64,000 bases of DNA from Flavobacteriales bacterium (lineage in GTDB: Bacteria > Bacteroidota > Bacteroidia > Flavobacteriales_F > PHOS-HE28): the NCBI GenBank assembly GCA_018057455.1, contig JAGPDT010000008.1:4494-68493 (forward strand). Direction: 5' to 3'. The position numbers and the translations under genes were made by a program. Shown one piece after another: positions 18,992 to 31,179 of this stretch. The notes below the pieces were generated by a model, which was not told the DNA's origin, did not search any database, and was given only the letters and a program-made list of their open reading frames with translations. Within the stretch, counting starts at the first letter, position 1. Every line of letters begins with the position of its first letter.

Positions 18992-19753
18992 ATGACAGCA
19001 CACCTTGCCGAAGATCTGGTGATCGATGTGGGCAATTCCCGCATCAAACTGGGCTTGTTCAATCAAGGGAGGATCACCAGCTTGGCCACCGCCGCGCATC
19101 ATGACCTGGAGGCCGTGGAACAGTTCTGCGGCGGGCACCCGCCCCGGTGCATCATCGTAGGCTCGGTGGCCGGGCCCAATGAAGGATTCGTGCATGCCTT
19201 GGGCCGATTGGCCCCGGTGAAGGAGGTTACCGGTGGTTCCCCTTCACCGGTGCGCAGCCTGTACCAAACACCGGCCACCTTCGGCGTGGACCGGCTGGCC
19301 AATGTGGTGGGTGCGGCAGCCTTGTTCCCGCAAAGGCCCGTACTGGCCATCGACCTGGGCACCTGCATCACCTACGACCTGGTGGACGAGCTGGCCGTGC
19401 ACCAAGGCGGCAACATATCGCCGGGCCTGCACATGCGTGCCCGGGCCATGCACGCCTACAGCGCGCGCCTGCCCTTGGTGGACCCGCACCCGGGAACGCC
19501 CCTGTTGGGCACCGGCACCGCCTCCAGCTTGGCTGCCGGTTGCCACCACGGCCTGCTGATGGAACTGGCCGGTTTCATCGGCGCTTTCAGGCAACAACAC
19601 AGGCACTTGGCCGTTGTGCTCACCGGCGGAGATGCGCCCAACGCGGCACGGGCCTTGAAAAACGGCATCTTTGCACACCCTACGCTGACCCTCATTGGCT
19701 TGCATGCGATCGCACTCTATGATCCGGACCCCCGCCCTGTTGCTCATCCTTGA
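18992..19753 (+). CDS. coaX: Type III pantothenate kinase
   Basis: IDVGNSRIK, FGVDRLA, IDLGTCITYD, GGNISPG, LTGGDA. Confidence 0.93.
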   Translation: MTAHLAEDLVIDVGNSRIKLGLFNQGRITSLATAAHHDLEAVEQFCGGHPPRCIIVGSVAGPNEGFVHALGRLAPVKEVTGGSPSPVRSLYQTPATFGVDRLANVVGAAALFPQRPVLAIDLGTCITYDLVDELAVHQGGNISPGLHMRARAMHAYSARLPLVDPHPGTPLLGTGTASSLAAGCHHGLLMELAGFIGAFRQQHRHLAVVLTGGDAPNAARALKNGIFAHPTLTLIGLHAIALYDPDPRPVAHP

Positions 19754-21056
19754 ACTGGGCATGGCCGGTGCCGCCGCACAGGGCGTGGGCCAATCGCCAT
19801 ACAGTGCTTATGGCTTGGGCGACCTGGTGCCCACCGGGCAGGCCACGCAGGCTTTGTCTTCAGGCACCGGCCTGGCGATCACCGAACCGTACAGCCTGAT
19901 CCCGGGCAACCCGGCCAGCTATGCCTTCCTGGCGCGTCCGGTCTTCGAAGGGGCTGTTACCTTGCGGTCCACGCGTTCCATATCGGCGGAAGCCTCCAAC
20001 GCCCAGCTGGACGGCCAGTTCATGGGCTTCTCCGTAGGTGTGCCCTTCGCACAAGGGAAATGGGGCTTGGGCATCGGCTTGGCACCCTACACCGACGTGG
20101 GCTACGCATCTTCCCTGGCCGACGTGGTGGAAGGCGATCCGGTCACCTATGCCTATAGTGGAAGCGGTGGACTGGACCGGGCTTTCCTGGGGTTGGGGAC
20201 CATGCTCTACCAACAACGCACCGATTCGGTGGGGAACGTGGGCACCAGGCTGGCCTTGGGTGCCGATTTCAATTTCATCTTCGGTAGCATTGAACAGACG
20301 CGCGAGGCCATTCGATCCCACGACGATGGCTACAGCAACACACGGGCCTTTTCCTCCCTCTTCCTGGCCGCCCCCACGGCCGATGCCAGCTTGCTCTGGC
20401 AAGGGGACCTGACGAAAAAACGAACCAAGGACGACGCCAACTGGCGGTGGTCCATCGGCCTCTCCACGGCCCTGCCGGCCAATTTCAAGGCCCGGTATTC
20501 AGGCATGGTCGCTTCCTACACCGTGCTTTCGGGCATTGAAACCGGCCGTGACACCATCGAACAAACGGATGGGGCCAAAGGCAGGGTGGAGGTGCCGGTA
20601 CAGTTCGGGGCCGGACTGGGCGTGCAGAATGCGCGGTGGGCCTTCTCCCTGGAGTTGCACCAGCAGGATTGGAGTGCAACGGTGATTGAGGTGCCAGGTT
20701 ATCCGTGGGGATCGACCTTGCGCACCGCCCTCACCTATGCGGCGGCCGCGCGATTCCGTCCGGGCGGGGAGGGTGGGGTGTTTCAGCGCTCGGTATACCG
20801 CCTGGGCGTGAAGCAAGGAACAGCCCCGCAGGAAGTGCGGGGCCATGGACTTCAAGCCACCACCATTTCGGGCGGGATCTCCATCCCCCTGAATGCGGTA
20901 CAAACCAACAGCTGGCTGCATGTGGGCCTCGAGTTCGGCCAGCGGGGCACCACCGAGGCAGGCCTGTTGCAGGAACGCCATGCTGCGCTATGGATCGGAC
21001 TGGCGTTCACCCCTTGGCGGGGCGAACGCTGGTTCACACCGGCCAAGATCCAATGA
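19719..21056 (+). CDS. Outer-membrane beta-barrel protein (conserved partner of coaX-lptC)
   Basis: Signal peptide; SPYSAYGLG, NPASYA N-terminus; amphipathic strands; C-terminal ERWF. Confidence 0.75.
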   Translation: MIRTPALLLILELGMAGAAAQGVGQSPYSAYGLGDLVPTGQATQALSSGTGLAITEPYSLIPGNPASYAFLARPVFEGAVTLRSTRSISAEASNAQLDGQFMGFSVGVPFAQGKWGLGIGLAPYTDVGYASSLADVVEGDPVTYAYSGSGGLDRAFLGLGTMLYQQRTDSVGNVGTRLALGADFNFIFGSIEQTREAIRSHDDGYSNTRAFSSLFLAAPTADASLLWQGDLTKKRTKDDANWRWSIGLSTALPANFKARYSGMVASYTVLSGIETGRDTIEQTDGAKGRVEVPVQFGAGLGVQNARWAFSLELHQQDWSATVIEVPGYPWGSTLRTALTYAAAARFRPGGEGGVFQRSVYRLGVKQGTAPQEVRGHGLQATTISGGISIPLNAVQTNSWLHVGLEFGQRGTTEAGLLQERHAALWIGLAFTPWRGERWFTPAKIQ

Positions 21057-21622
21057 CCGCCTGGTGGTCTGCCTTGGGGTGCTCGGTGGTGCTGCTCCTC
21101 CCGGCCTGCAAGAATGATCTGGACCGGGTAGCCGCCATGGAGGTGGCCGATGGCGGACCCTACCGCGTGACCACCGAAGGCGAGTACCTTTATTCGGACA
21201 GTGGCCGGGTGCGCAACAAGGTGCGGGCGGGCCGCATCCTGGAGTTCAACGGTGACAAACCGCAAACGCTCCTGGAGGAAGGTGTGGAACTCACCTTTTT
21301 CCAGGCGGACGGACGGGCCGGAAGTCGTTTGAGCGCCCGCAGGGGCGAAATCGAGCCAGGGGGGCGCCGCATGTCCGTATCGGACCAAGTGGTGTTCGTG
21401 AACACGCAAGGAGAACGATTGGAGACCGAAAAGCTGACCTGGAGCCAGGACAGCAACAAAGTGTTCACGGACCGCCCCGTGAAGATCACCCGGCGGAACG
21501 ACATCATCTACGGCCAAGGACTGGATGCCGAGGAGGACTTCAGCCGCTACACCGTGCGGCGGGTCACGGGCACCTTGTTCATCGATCGGAGCGATACCTT
21601 GGCACCAACCGAGAGCAACTGA
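21053..21622 (+). CDS. lptC: LPS export periplasmic protein LptC
   Basis: Lipobox LPAC; YSDSG, LETEKLTW, IYGQGLDA beta-jellyroll pattern; operon position. Confidence 0.82.
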   Translation: MTAWWSALGCSVVLLLPACKNDLDRVAAMEVADGGPYRVTTEGEYLYSDSGRVRNKVRAGRILEFNGDKPQTLLEEGVELTFFQADGRAGSRLSARRGEIEPGGRRMSVSDQVVFVNTQGERLETEKLTWSQDSNKVFTDRPVKITRRNDIIYGQGLDAEEDFSRYTVRRVTGTLFIDRSDTLAPTESN

Positions 21623-21849
21623 TGGAACGGATCGCACGGTTCATGGAACTGTTTTGGCTGGTGTTGGCCGTGATCAGCGGCGTTTGGGCCGCGTACATGC
21701 TGTTCCGGCACGGGTGGGACCAAGGGAAGACCTGGTTGATGTTCCCGGCGATCGGCGCGGCCATGTGGGGCTACCGGCGCTTCATGCGAGGCAGGATGGC
21801 CCAATGGGCCGAACGCGAGCGGCAACAACAAGGACCGGAGGGCCATTGA
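21622..21849 (+). CDS. Small two-helix membrane protein
   Basis: 75 aa with two hydrophobic helices; fills the gap exactly (TGATG overlap with lptC). Confidence 0.65.
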   Translation: MERIARFMELFWLVLAVISGVWAAYMLFRHGWDQGKTWLMFPAIGAAMWGYRRFMRGRMAQWAERERQQQGPEGH

Positions 21850-21892
21850 CCCGGGCGTACATGTTGGAGCACACCGGAAAACAATCACCTGA

Positions 21893-23194
21893 ATGACCCC
21901 GGGAAGCTTGCTGTTGCTTGGTCTGGTTGTGTTGGTATCGGCCCTGTGCTCCGGTTTGGAGGTGGCCTTGCTGGGCAGCAACAAGCTGTACATCGAATTG
22001 CAACGCAAACAAGGCGCCTTGTGGGCCCGGGTAACAGCCTCGTTGCTGAAGAAACCCGCGCGGGTGGTCAGCGCTTTGCTTGTGGGGCACACCATTGCAC
22101 TGGTGACCTATGGCATCTTGATGGCCCAGCTGCTGGAACCGCCGTTGCGCGGCATCCATCCGCATCCCGGCTTCATCCTGGTGGCACAGGTCCTGCTCAG
22201 CACCGTGGTGATCCTGGTGCTGGGCGAGTTCCTGCCAAAGGCCCTTTTCCGCATGGACCCCAATGCTGCACTGACCGTATTGGCGCTGCCCTTGGCCGTG
22301 ATCTACACCGTGCTGTGGCTTCCAACGGTGCTGCTCACCGGCGTGAGCGAAGGCGCCCTGCGCCTGGTCGGGGTGAAACCCAACCTGGGCCGGGGTGGCT
22401 TTGGCCGTATCGACCTGGATGCCTTCCTGCAAGCCGTCAGCGAAACGGCCACGCATGGCAATGAAGTGGAGGCCGAGGTGGAATATTTCCGCAATACCCT
22501 GGAGCTGAGCAACACCAAAGTACGGGACCTGATGGTGCCCCGGGCAGAGATCGAGGCCTTGGACGTGGAGGAACCCGTCTCTGTGCTGGCCAAACGATTC
22601 CAGGCCACCGGGCTTACCAAGTTGCTGGTGTACAAAGCGGGAATTGACAATGTGATCGGCTATGTGCACAGCTATGAAATGTTCAAGCGTCCGCGCAGCA
22701 TCCGTTCCATCCTTCGCACGGTGGACTTCATCCCCGGCACCATGCCGGCCGATGAAGTGCTGCACCTCTTCACCAAGCAACGCACGCACATCGCCGTGGT
22801 GGTGGACGAGTTCGGCGGTACAGCAGGCATGCTCACCATCGAGGACGTGGTGGAGACCATCGTCGGCGATATCGAGGATGAACATGATGACGAGGATACC
22901 GTGGAAGAACGGATCTCTCCCACGGAATTCCTCTTCAGCGGGCGGGTTGAAGTGGAACACTTGGTGGAAGCCTATGGGTTGAGGCTGCCCGAAAGTGTGG
23001 CGTACGACACCTTGGCCGGCTACATCATGCACCGGACCGGCAACGTGCCCGAAGCCGGTGAAGCGGTGGAGGACGGGCCCTTCCGGTTGACCATCGCACA
23101 GGTTTCCCATGGCCGTATCGACCTGGTGAAGCTGCTGGTGCAGGACGTGGAATTGGGTTTTGAGAAAGGATCGGCCCCGGTGCCGGAGGCGTAG
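21893..23194 (+). CDS. Hemolysin-family / CNNM-CBS-CorC domain protein
   Basis: SGLEVALL, GEFLPKALF (CNNM); CBS pair; VVDEFGGTAGMLTIEDVVE; YDTLAGYI CorC domain. Confidence 0.92.
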   Translation: MTPGSLLLLGLVVLVSALCSGLEVALLGSNKLYIELQRKQGALWARVTASLLKKPARVVSALLVGHTIALVTYGILMAQLLEPPLRGIHPHPGFILVAQVLLSTVVILVLGEFLPKALFRMDPNAALTVLALPLAVIYTVLWLPTVLLTGVSEGALRLVGVKPNLGRGGFGRIDLDAFLQAVSETATHGNEVEAEVEYFRNTLELSNTKVRDLMVPRAEIEALDVEEPVSVLAKRFQATGLTKLLVYKAGIDNVIGYVHSYEMFKRPRSIRSILRTVDFIPGTMPADEVLHLFTKQRTHIAVVVDEFGGTAGMLTIEDVVETIVGDIEDEHDDEDTVEERISPTEFLFSGRVEVEHLVEAYGLRLPESVAYDTLAGYIMHRTGNVPEAGEAVEDGPFRLTIAQVSHGRIDLVKLLVQDVELGFEKGSAPVPEA

Positions 23195-23439
23195 GAGTAC
23201 TTGCCCAAGTGCGTGCTCCGGTGTTTCGAAGGCCGTGCCGGGACAATGGCCGCCCACCCGGCCATGGCCGGTGCAGCCAATGTGGTGCACGCGCGAGGAA
23301 CACCGCGCCTGGGAAGCACCCAATTCCGGGTGCCTTGTCCACATTGCCCGGGGTTCACCGATAGGTACCCTGAACGGCACCCCAACGGACATCCGCCAAC
23401 GACAAGCCATGGACGATCTACCGCTTTCACCGTATTATC

Positions 23440-24045
23440 GTGGTTCAGACCACCACCACCCTGGCAAGGAATACCACATCCGAGACCGGCAACAACACCG
23501 CCTGGTTGGACGGGCTGCTGCGCAACGATACCCGCGTGGTCGGCCAACTTTATACGGCGCATTTTCCTGCCGTGCGGAACTACGTCCTGCGCAACAACGG
23601 CACAGTGGACGAAGCCAAGGATATTTTCCAGGAATCCTTCCTGGTCCTGTGGCTGCATGCCAAGGAAGGCCGCCTGCAAGCGGGCACAGGCCGGGACCCC
23701 GGCGGTTTCCTCTTCCAAGTGGCCAGGAACAAATGGCTGGACGTGCTGCGGTCCGCGGCAAAGAAGCACATGCGGGTACTGCATAGCGAACATAGGGAGC
23801 CCGCCCCCGACCAGGATGGTGCGATCGAAGACCAGCTTGCCCGCCTGCGTGAGGTCTATGGCACCTTGGACGACAAATGCCGCCAAGTGCTCGACCGCTT
23901 CTACCATGAGCGCATGGACCTCGCCTCCATCGCGCAAGAAATGGGGGTGGCCGAGGAAAGCATCCGCACCATCAAATACCGCTGCATGATGAAGCTGCGC
24001 GCGTTCCGTGGCCGCATCGCGGGCGATGACCAACCGATCAAATGA
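23440..24045 (+). CDS. ECF-type RNA polymerase sigma factor (start uncertain)
   Basis: Region 2 DEAKDIFQESFLVLW...FLFQVARNKWLD; region 4 CRQVLDRFY..IAQEMG..SIRTIKYRCMMKLR. Confidence 0.9.
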   Translation: MVQTTTTLARNTTSETGNNTAWLDGLLRNDTRVVGQLYTAHFPAVRNYVLRNNGTVDEAKDIFQESFLVLWLHAKEGRLQAGTGRDPGGFLFQVARNKWLDVLRSAAKKHMRVLHSEHREPAPDQDGAIEDQLARLREVYGTLDDKCRQVLDRFYHERMDLASIAQEMGVAEESIRTIKYRCMMKLRAFRGRIAGDDQPIK

Positions 24046-24773
24046 ATCAAGCGCCCTTGCCACAGGACCGTTTTGAAGCACTCGAAGCCTATGTACTGGG
24101 CCGCATGGACGCGGCCCAACGGCAGCGTATTGAGATGGACCTGGCCGCCGATGCGGACCTGAATTCGGAGCTGGCCTTGCAACGCGAACACATCCGGGCG
24201 GTGGAAATGGCCGGTGTGGAGCGCCAATTGAACCTGCTGGCCCGCCAGCAACCGGACCGCATCCGTTCCACTGCAACGGGGTGGCATAGCTGGCTGAAAT
24301 ACGCCGCCCTGGTGGCCGTGCTCATCCTCGGCGCCGTGTGGTGGTACGGCAGACCTCCGGTGAATGAACGCCTCTTTGCGGAATACCATGTGCCCGATCC
24401 CGGATTGCCCGTGCCCATGAGCGCCACCAAGGACCCGCTCTTCCAGGATGCCATGGTGGCCTACAAATTGGGCGACCACGCCGAGGCCATCGGCAAATGG
24501 ACCGGTCTGCTGCAACAGGACCCGGCGAACGACACCTTGCTGTTCTTCATCGCCAGCGCCCGCTTGGCCCAAGGAGACGCCCCTGCATCCATTCCCCTGT
24601 TCAGGCGCGTGAAGGACAACAGCGCCTCGGTCTTCCAGGCCAAGGCCGGCTGGTATCTCTTTTTGGCATTCCTGCACGAAGGAAGGACCGATGACCTGCG
24701 CGCCCTTGGACTGGAGCATGACCCGGTGTACGGCGATCGGGCGAGGGCCGTGGAAGAACGCCTGGACCCCTGA
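24042..24773 (+). CDS. Anti-sigma-like membrane protein with periplasmic TPR domain
   Basis: N-terminal EAYVLGRMD helix; TM WLKYAALVAVLILGAVWWY; TPR-like AMVAYKLGDHAEAI...AGWYLFLAFL; ATGA overlap with the sigma gene. Confidence 0.72.
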   Translation: MNQAPLPQDRFEALEAYVLGRMDAAQRQRIEMDLAADADLNSELALQREHIRAVEMAGVERQLNLLARQQPDRIRSTATGWHSWLKYAALVAVLILGAVWWYGRPPVNERLFAEYHVPDPGLPVPMSATKDPLFQDAMVAYKLGDHAEAIGKWTGLLQQDPANDTLLFFIASARLAQGDAPASIPLFRRVKDNSASVFQAKAGWYLFLAFLHEGRTDDLRALGLEHDPVYGDRARAVEERLDP

Positions 24774-24776
24774 GCC

Positions 24777-27700
24777 ATGCGGTACTTGCCGGCCCTGTTA
24801 CTGATCCTCCTGTCGCAGCGCTGCATGGCACAGGACCTGGGCCGGCGCCATACGCTCATCGGGCAAGCCTACGAGGGCGAACGCTACGGTGAAGTGGTGG
24901 CCCTCATCGGGGCGCAGCTCCGGGCGTCGGAGGGCACTACATGGGTGGATTCCACCCACCTCTACTTGTACAAGTATGCTCGGGCGGTTTCAAAAGTGAA
25001 GGGGACCAATGACGGGCTGGCGGCCGGGGAGCGCGTGCTGGCCTTGGTCCAACAACGGGGCCGGGCACAACCCCTGCTCGCAGCCTTGTTCGACCTGAGC
25101 TGGGTGTACTACGAGGCTGGCCGGTTGCGCGATTGTGTGCGGTTGGATTCCACCGCCCTGGTGGTCACCGACCGCGACCCGGCCTTCACACGGGCCAAAC
25201 GCGGCCAAGCCCGCCAATACTTGGCTTTTGACTACAGCATATTGGGGGAGCACCGCAATTCCGCCAAGTTTGCGCGCGCGGCATTGGAGCAATACGCCCA
25301 AGCCGCCCCAGGTGAAGTGCCTGCCGTGCAATGGGCCGAATCGTACACCGCGGTGGGTGCCGCCGAATGGCACCTGGGCCGGATCCGCGAAGCGGAAGCC
25401 CAGTACCACAAAGCACTCGATGCCCTGGGCAAAGACACGACAGAGGCCGCCCTCATGCGGAAAGCATCGACCTATGGCAATTTGGGCGTGCTCTGGCAGA
25501 ATGCCGGCGACTTGGTCAAGAGCCGGTCCAACTATCAGGAGAGCCTGCGGGCCATCGACCATGTGATCGCCCGTGCGTCGGATCCCTTCACCCGCGATGA
25601 AGCCTTGGTCAACCGATCACGCTCCTACCTCAACCTGGCCACCGTGTACTTCGCCTGTGGCGATGAAGGCCAGGCGCAGAAGTTGCTGGACCTGGCCTGG
25701 GCGGACCGCAGCAAGGTGCTGCAGCCCGATGACCCGCAACTGCTCAGTGTCCGCGAGCGCATGGCCGATATCCAGCTTGCCGCCGGTGCATTGGAGAAAG
25801 CGCGCGTGTTGGAAGAAGCCTATCTGGTGGCATGCGGGAAGAAGTTTGGAATACAGAGCGAGGAGTATGTCCGCGCCAGTTCCAAACTGGGCGAGATCCT
25901 CACCCGGCAAGGCCGGCATGCACGTGCAGATTCACTCTTCGCCATCAGCATGGCCATGGGCCGCCGCATGGCCGATCCCGCCACCGACCCCGTGCGGATG
26001 GAAACCCTGATGAGCCGCGCCCGCCTCCGGTCGGAAACCGGCCGCAGGGGAGAGGCCCTGAAAGACCTGCTGGAGGCGCGTGCCATCGGCCTGAACATAT
26101 ATGGCCCCGGTGGGAGCCGGTCGGCCCGGATCGAGGTGTTGTTGGCCGAGCAAGCCTTCGGGGCCGGCCAGTGGGAAGTGGCCCGGAGGCACGCGGACCG
26201 GGCGCTGGACCTGCTGGAGGATCGCCTGCAACGGTTGCGGGCCACACGGGTTCCCGTGGTTCAGCCCGACCCCGGCCTGCTGCCCGATGCCATCTATTGG
26301 AAAGTGAAAGCCGAGCACGCCTTGCCGGTGCCCGACAGTGTGCGGAACCAGTGGAACGCGTTGGTGGACCTGGCCGTACAGGCCTTGGGCCGGAACAAAA
26401 CCGCCCTTTCGGACGCCGCCTCCAAGTTGCGCTTGGTGGGAACCCGGCAACGGCTCTTCGACCTGGCCTTGCAACTGGCCTATGAGGATCACGCCCGCAC
26501 CGGGAAGGAGCAGGAGCTGGAGCGCTTCTTCCAGCTCTCCGAATGCAACCGCTCGATCCTCCTCAAAGACCGCTTGAATGAGTTCGCGGGGTTGCGCTTC
26601 GCCGGAATCCCCGATCCGGTGATGGCAAGGGAACAAGAGCTGCTCAAAGGCTTGGAGATCGACCCCGATGACCGGACTTCGATCACCGGATTGCATGAAC
26701 GGGAAGAAGCCTACACGCGCTTCCTGGCCCACTTGGAACAGGCGTGGCCCCAATATTTCCAACTGCGCTACGGAGAACGTACGCCCACGTTCGCCGAGGT
26801 ACGCAAGAAGCTGTTGGCGCCGGATCGGCAATTGGTCTCCTATGTCTGGTCCACAAACCACCTCTACGCGCTGGTCATCGGCGCAGATCGATCGCACCTG
26901 GTGCGGATCCAGGCCGAGGGGCTGGCCCGCGAAGTGGAGGACCTGCAAGCAGCGATCGAGCGCAGGGCCTCCGGTGAATTTGTACGAAGCGCCCACCGAT
27001 TGCACGAACGGGTGGTTGCTCCGGTCCTGCCCCTGCTTTCCGCCAAGGAACTGCTCATCGTGCCGGGCGGTCCCCTGGGCGCGGTGAATTTCGAGGTGTT
27101 GTGCTCGGCGCCCGGCACCAAGGATTTCCTGCGGCACCTCCTCATTCAGCGCTATACCATCAGCTACCTGCTCAGTGCCACCACCGCCCTCCAGTTCGAA
27201 GACCTCGGAACGGACCACACCAAGGGAGTGCTGGCCATGGCACCGGGATTCACCGAACAGGTCAAGCAGGACTACCTCAAGCACATGCCGGACAGCAGCA
27301 GTGCGGACCAGCTGTTCCTGCACTATGTGCGCCAACCTTTCGCCGTACGCACCGCGCAAGCCTTGGGCCGTTCGGCCTCGGCGACGGTGATCACCGGTAG
27401 CCAGGCCAGCGAGATGGCCTTCCGAAGAACGGCGGCCACCTATGGTATTCTTTTCCTGGGCACCCATGCCGAAGTGAACCCGGTGGCCCCGATGTACTCC
27501 CGGTTGGTGCTCAGCAAGGATGGTGCTGGCCAAGCCAGTGAAGGGGATGGCTACCTGCATGCCTACGAGATCTTCGAACTGGACCTCAGGGCCCAGTTGG
27601 CGGTGATCGCCGCTTGTGAAAGCGGCAGCGGCCGCTTCGATCCCGGCGAAGGAATGCGTTCGCTGGGTGCGGGCTTCGCCTATGCCGGATGCCCCAGCTT

Positions 27701-28025
27701 GGTGATGGCACTGTGGCGCATCGATGAAAAGGCCACCGCGGCGATCCTTGCGCGGTTCCACGGCAAATTGGCCCAGGGCATGCCCAAGAACCAGGCCTTG
27801 CGACAGGCCAAATTGGAACACCTCGCCAACGCACAGGATGAACTGTTCCTGCCCTACTACTGGGCCGGACTGGTGCTGGAAGGCAATGTGGAGCCCGTGC
27901 AGTTGGGCCGAAGTGCCCAATGGCCGTGGTGGATCGCGGGCCTGTCCGTGGCCTTGGCCGGGCTTTGGTGGTTGCGGCGAAGGAACAACCGTGCAGCCCG
28001 TTCTGCAGGGCACGCAACGGATTGA
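24777..28025 (+). CDS. TPR-CHAT (caspase-like) protease, signal peptide plus C-terminal TM
   Basis: Multiple TPRs; LLIVPGGPLGAVNFE; catalytic GTH (His codon 27465) and AAC (Cys codon 27615); LVMALWRIDE, ALRQAKL, PYYWAG. Confidence 0.9.
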   Translation: MRYLPALLLILLSQRCMAQDLGRRHTLIGQAYEGERYGEVVALIGAQLRASEGTTWVDSTHLYLYKYARAVSKVKGTNDGLAAGERVLALVQQRGRAQPLLAALFDLSWVYYEAGRLRDCVRLDSTALVVTDRDPAFTRAKRGQARQYLAFDYSILGEHRNSAKFARAALEQYAQAAPGEVPAVQWAESYTAVGAAEWHLGRIREAEAQYHKALDALGKDTTEAALMRKASTYGNLGVLWQNAGDLVKSRSNYQESLRAIDHVIARASDPFTRDEALVNRSRSYLNLATVYFACGDEGQAQKLLDLAWADRSKVLQPDDPQLLSVRERMADIQLAAGALEKARVLEEAYLVACGKKFGIQSEEYVRASSKLGEILTRQGRHARADSLFAISMAMGRRMADPATDPVRMETLMSRARLRSETGRRGEALKDLLEARAIGLNIYGPGGSRSARIEVLLAEQAFGAGQWEVARRHADRALDLLEDRLQRLRATRVPVVQPDPGLLPDAIYWKVKAEHALPVPDSVRNQWNALVDLAVQALGRNKTALSDAASKLRLVGTRQRLFDLALQLAYEDHARTGKEQELERFFQLSECNRSILLKDRLNEFAGLRFAGIPDPVMAREQELLKGLEIDPDDRTSITGLHEREEAYTRFLAHLEQAWPQYFQLRYGERTPTFAEVRKKLLAPDRQLVSYVWSTNHLYALVIGADRSHLVRIQAEGLAREVEDLQAAIERRASGEFVRSAHRLHERVVAPVLPLLSAKELLIVPGGPLGAVNFEVLCSAPGTKDFLRHLLIQRYTISYLLSATTALQFEDLGTDHTKGVLAMAPGFTEQVKQDYLKHMPDSSSADQLFLHYVRQPFAVRTAQALGRSASATVITGSQASEMAFRRTAATYGILFLGTHAEVNPVAPMYSRLVLSKDGAGQASEGDGYLHAYEIFELDLRAQLAVIAACESGSGRFDPGEGMRSLGAGFAYAGCPSLVMALWRIDEKATAAILARFHGKLAQGMPKNQALRQAKLEHLANAQDELFLPYYWAGLVLEGNVEPVQLGRSAQWPWWIAGLSVALAGLWWLRRRNNRAARSAGHATD

Positions 28026-28113
28026 ACGCGAGTACCGGCCAGGCCCCGTGTTCCGCATATTGTCGTTTCTTCGCATCGCCTACTTTTACCGCCATCCTTA
28101 GAACTATCGATCC

Positions 28114-28764
28114 ATGAAAAACAGCACGGGCCTCCGGGGCAGCACACCGATCTTATCCCTGTTCATTGTGGCGGCGTTGGCCGCTGGTTGTGATGGAAAA
28201 GCCGGTTCCGGCAGTTCGGTGGGCACCATGGAAGATGCCTCCCGCAGGGTGCTGGCCGAAAAAGCGGCCCAGGCCAGCTTGTGGCAGGAAGGCACTGGCA
28301 CCACCACGAATGCTTCAGGCCACGCGGCTGCCGGCGCACCGGCGGCCACGGGCGATGGTGCCGCAGGCGACCGCTATGATGCCTTGGGCAAGCTGGACCC
28401 CACTGGCAGCTATGACCTCAACGGGGCGGTGCTTCCCGGCACGGTGCTCACGGGCAACCAGGAGCGCACCGATGCCATGGCCCGCATGAACGGGATCCGG
28501 GCCACGTTGAAGACGGAATTGGAAGGTGTGCGCGCCACACTCAAGGACGGGACCGCAGCCAAGGAGGTGGCCGCCTCCAACAAGCAGCGCGCCGCCGAAC
28601 TGGCGCAAGGCCTGGAGCGTGTGGACCGCACGTTGGCCGCCATGGGCGGGGCTTCGGATGCCACCTGGGCCGAGATGCGCGATACCCAGCTCAAGGAGGT
28701 GAACGAGGTGCGCACCTGGTGGAACAAGTACATGGCAGGGCGCAGTGCGGAGGCCATGAAGTGA
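28114..28764 (+). CDS. Hypothetical lipoprotein with helical C-terminal domain
   Basis: Lipobox LAAGC; Ala/Gly-rich linker; heptad-like helices. Confidence 0.7.
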   Translation: MKNSTGLRGSTPILSLFIVAALAAGCDGKAGSGSSVGTMEDASRRVLAEKAAQASLWQEGTGTTTNASGHAAAGAPAATGDGAAGDRYDALGKLDPTGSYDLNGAVLPGTVLTGNQERTDAMARMNGIRATLKTELEGVRATLKDGTAAKEVAASNKQRAAELAQGLERVDRTLAAMGGASDATWAEMRDTQLKEVNEVRTWWNKYMAGRSAEAMK

Positions 28765-28796
28765 TGCGTGGCTGAGGGTCGTATCGGGCGTATGAC

Positions 28797-28828
28797 GGGG
28801 CTGTCTCCAGAGGGGACGGCCCCTTTTT
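28797..28828 (+). terminator. Intrinsic terminator after the lipoprotein gene
   Basis: GGGGCTGTCTCC-AGA-GGGGACGGCCCC followed by TTTTT. Confidence 0.8.
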
Positions 28829-29060
28829 CTTGTGGAGCCCGGAGCGGGATCGGCCGGCCGGATGGGCACGCAACCATTCGGTGCGTACCGGATGGTGTGC
28901 CTGCGGCGCGATCATGAACGGGCGTTCCGCACCCAAGGCCCCGGCCCCGTGTTGCCCGGCCCCGGCCCCCGGCTTCTTTCGGGACCTGAGCGCCATGGCG
29001 GGCACAGTTCGTGGCAGCATGGCGCTCCGCAGGGTTACCAGGCACCTGGCTGGTACAGGA

Positions 29061-29095
29061 ACGAACAAGCCCCGGCCATTGCGGACCGGGGCTTG
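29061..29095 (-). terminator. Intrinsic terminator of groESL
   Basis: CAAGCCCCGG/CCGGGGCTTG 10-bp stem, then TTCGTT on the minus strand. Confidence 0.7.
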
Positions 29096-29118
29096 CGCTA
29101 TCCAGTTGTTCAGAACGC

Positions 29119-31138
<2,020 letters not shown>

Positions 31139-31179
31139 GTTCTGTAGTTGGATTTGGTGTTGTTTGCGGTCACGCGCCC

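Noticed and set aside
23195-23439. Possible structured RNA upstream of the ECF gene (GGGTGCC/GGCACCC at 23328-23334/23376-23382 with an inner GTTCA/TGAAC)
   Set aside because: Short stems expected by chance at this GC content; no match to a riboswitch I recognise
28830-29060. GCCCCGGCCCC low-complexity runs between convergent terminators
   Set aside because: No regular period or spacer structure; not a CRISPR array or REP cluster
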